The notes below the pieces were generated by a model. The model was not told the DNA's origin, did not search any database, and saw nothing but the letters and a program-made list of their open reading frames with translations. This document shows positions 62,662-64,000 of a stretch of 64,000 bases of DNA, piece by piece. Positions within the stretch are counted from its first letter, which is position 1. Each line of letters opens with the position of its first letter. The translations under genes were made by a program, and so were the position numbers. The stretch is from Zootoca vivipara (lineage: Eukaryota). The DNA lies in contig NC_083282.1 in NCBI RefSeq assembly GCF_963506605.1, positions 58,404,001-58,468,000 of the forward strand, written 5' to 3'.

Positions 62662-62889
62662 TTATGTACACCCCACCCATCTGGCTGGGTTTCCCCAGCC
62701 ACTCTGGGCGGCTTCCAACAAAATATTAAAATACAATTCTGTCAGACATTAAAAGCTTCCCTAAACAGGGCTGCTTTCAGTTGTCTTCTAAAAGTCTGGT
62801 ACAGTAGTTGTTTTTCTATTTGACATATGGTGGGGGGGCGTTCCACAGGACAGGTGCCACTACCAAGAAGGCCTTCTGCCTGGTTCTTT
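62616..62889 (-). mobile_element. L2 LINE 3' end with (TTA)n tail
   Basis: Minus-strand peptide ...TFRRQLKAALFREAFNV*, then GGAAGCCGCCCAGAGTGGCTGGGGAAACCCAGCCAGATGGG and about 14 TTA units (62616-62658). Confidence 0.8.
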
Positions 62890-63336
62890 TTATTTTTCAC
62901 TATTCCTTTGTACATTTGCTCCAAATTTGAAAACAACATTTTAGTGCACCTTTACTTTTACTTCTTTTTTTATAAAAAACAAACAAACCCAACTATTAAT
63001 TTCTCACTTATAAGCATTGGAAAGAGGACTCTAATGACCACCCATGCATGTCTGTGCCTAACGCCTTCCAAGGTGACAGACAACATCTTCCAAAGCAATA
63101 AAGTGTTTCAAAAGCCCCAAATTCTAGTATCAAAACATAAAAGTAAATAATGTAGTAAATGTAGTAAATATTTTTATTACATAAGAGCAAAAATCTTCCA
63201 TCAGTTTACATGGCATACACTGAGTGGCATAGCAGTCCACAGAGCCTGAGCTATCCAGTAGGTAGGACTAAGCAGAATCACATTATTGAATGTTCATCCA
63301 CACAAAAATAGAACACCAGGGAGAAATAGTCTAGAC

Positions 63337-63472
63337 CAGGCATCCCCAAACTGTGGCCCTTCAGATGTTTTGGCCTACAACTCCCATGATCCCCAGCTAA
63401 CAGGACCAGTGGTTGGGGGAGATGGGAATTGTAGTCCAAAACATCTGGAGGGCCGAAGTTTGGGGATGCCTG
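63337..63472. mobile_element. hAT (Charlie-like) palindromic MITE
   Basis: TIR CAGGCATCCCCAAACT ... AGTTTGGGGATGCCTG with near-full self-complementarity. TSD GTCTAGAC (63329-63336) / GTATAGAC (63473-63480), the NTCTAGAN-type target of Charlie elements. Confidence 0.88.
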
Positions 63473-64000
63473 GTATAGACATTTGCCTAAAATCAGTAAT
63501 GAAAATGTGATTTAGATCAGCCCTGTGAGGCTGCCCAGCTTGTGCAGAAGATTTTGAGGTGAGCTATTTCATTTATTATGTCTTTTTTTTAAAAAAAAAA
63601 AAAACCCACTGTGAGGAGTGTCATTTGGATTTGTCTACCTTGGGCACTAGAATGAAATACCTAAAAACAAGTTTGGAATTTTTATCCAATACGGGTCACC
63701 TCCTGAAGTTTGCAGACTCCAATAAATGAAAATATAGTCCTTGGCTGATAAACAAATGAAGCAGAAGGGTATTTGGCTTGTTCTGTACGAAGGCCTCCTG
63801 GCCTGTTGGTGTGGGTGATATTTTAGGCTTCATTATACAAATCCCTCCTGCTGCAAGAAAACTCTGCTTGGATTATAACAGACCCCTATGCACACAGCAG
63901 GAACAGAACTGTTTTGAGTACACCCTGGTTTCTTTTCCAATGTTAATCATTTATGGCCTTTGGGGAGAGAGGGGGGAGGGATAAACAAACAAATTACATT

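Larger units (their letters stand above)
60919..64000 (-). other. PLXNA2: 3' part of the preceding PLXNA2 intron
   Basis: Ends in a pyrimidine-rich acceptor ...TCTTTATTCCAG at 60919. No coding signal upstream within the window. Confidence 0.8.

Overview
This is vertebrate, non-coding-dominated DNA from a squamate reptile, most likely a lacertid lizard. That inference rests on Sauria SINEs, a Squam3-type SINE with a (CTT)n tail and squamate-type Bov-B. The whole window lies inside a plexin-A gene, best matching PLXNA2, on the minus strand. Only one 135-nt coding exon is present (60784-60918, clean AG/GT, Sema-domain C-terminal part), and I could not find the next exon, so about 60.8 kb is one intron. 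The intron is a transposon record. It holds a full-length, ORF-intact Bov-B (RTE) LINE with a perfect 13-bp TSD, three truncated Bov-B copies, and two Sauria SINEs whose 3' core matches Bov-B. It also holds CR1/L2/L1 remnants, many hAT and Tc1/mariner MITEs, probable solo LTRs, microsatellites and a 135-N gap. The two most unusual items are (i) three near-identical copies of a 90-bp CATAG...CTATG inverted-repeat element with 6-8 bp TSDs that looks like a recently mobile P-element/THAP-type MITE, and (ii) a 1.2-kb CpG-rich, ORF-less, polyadenylated element with an 18-bp TSD that looks like a non-autonomous L1-mobilised retroelement. Family names come from my recognition of the sequences, not from database searches. 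Apart from the Bov-B ORF, the plexin exon and a few LINE remnants, the ORF track is noise.
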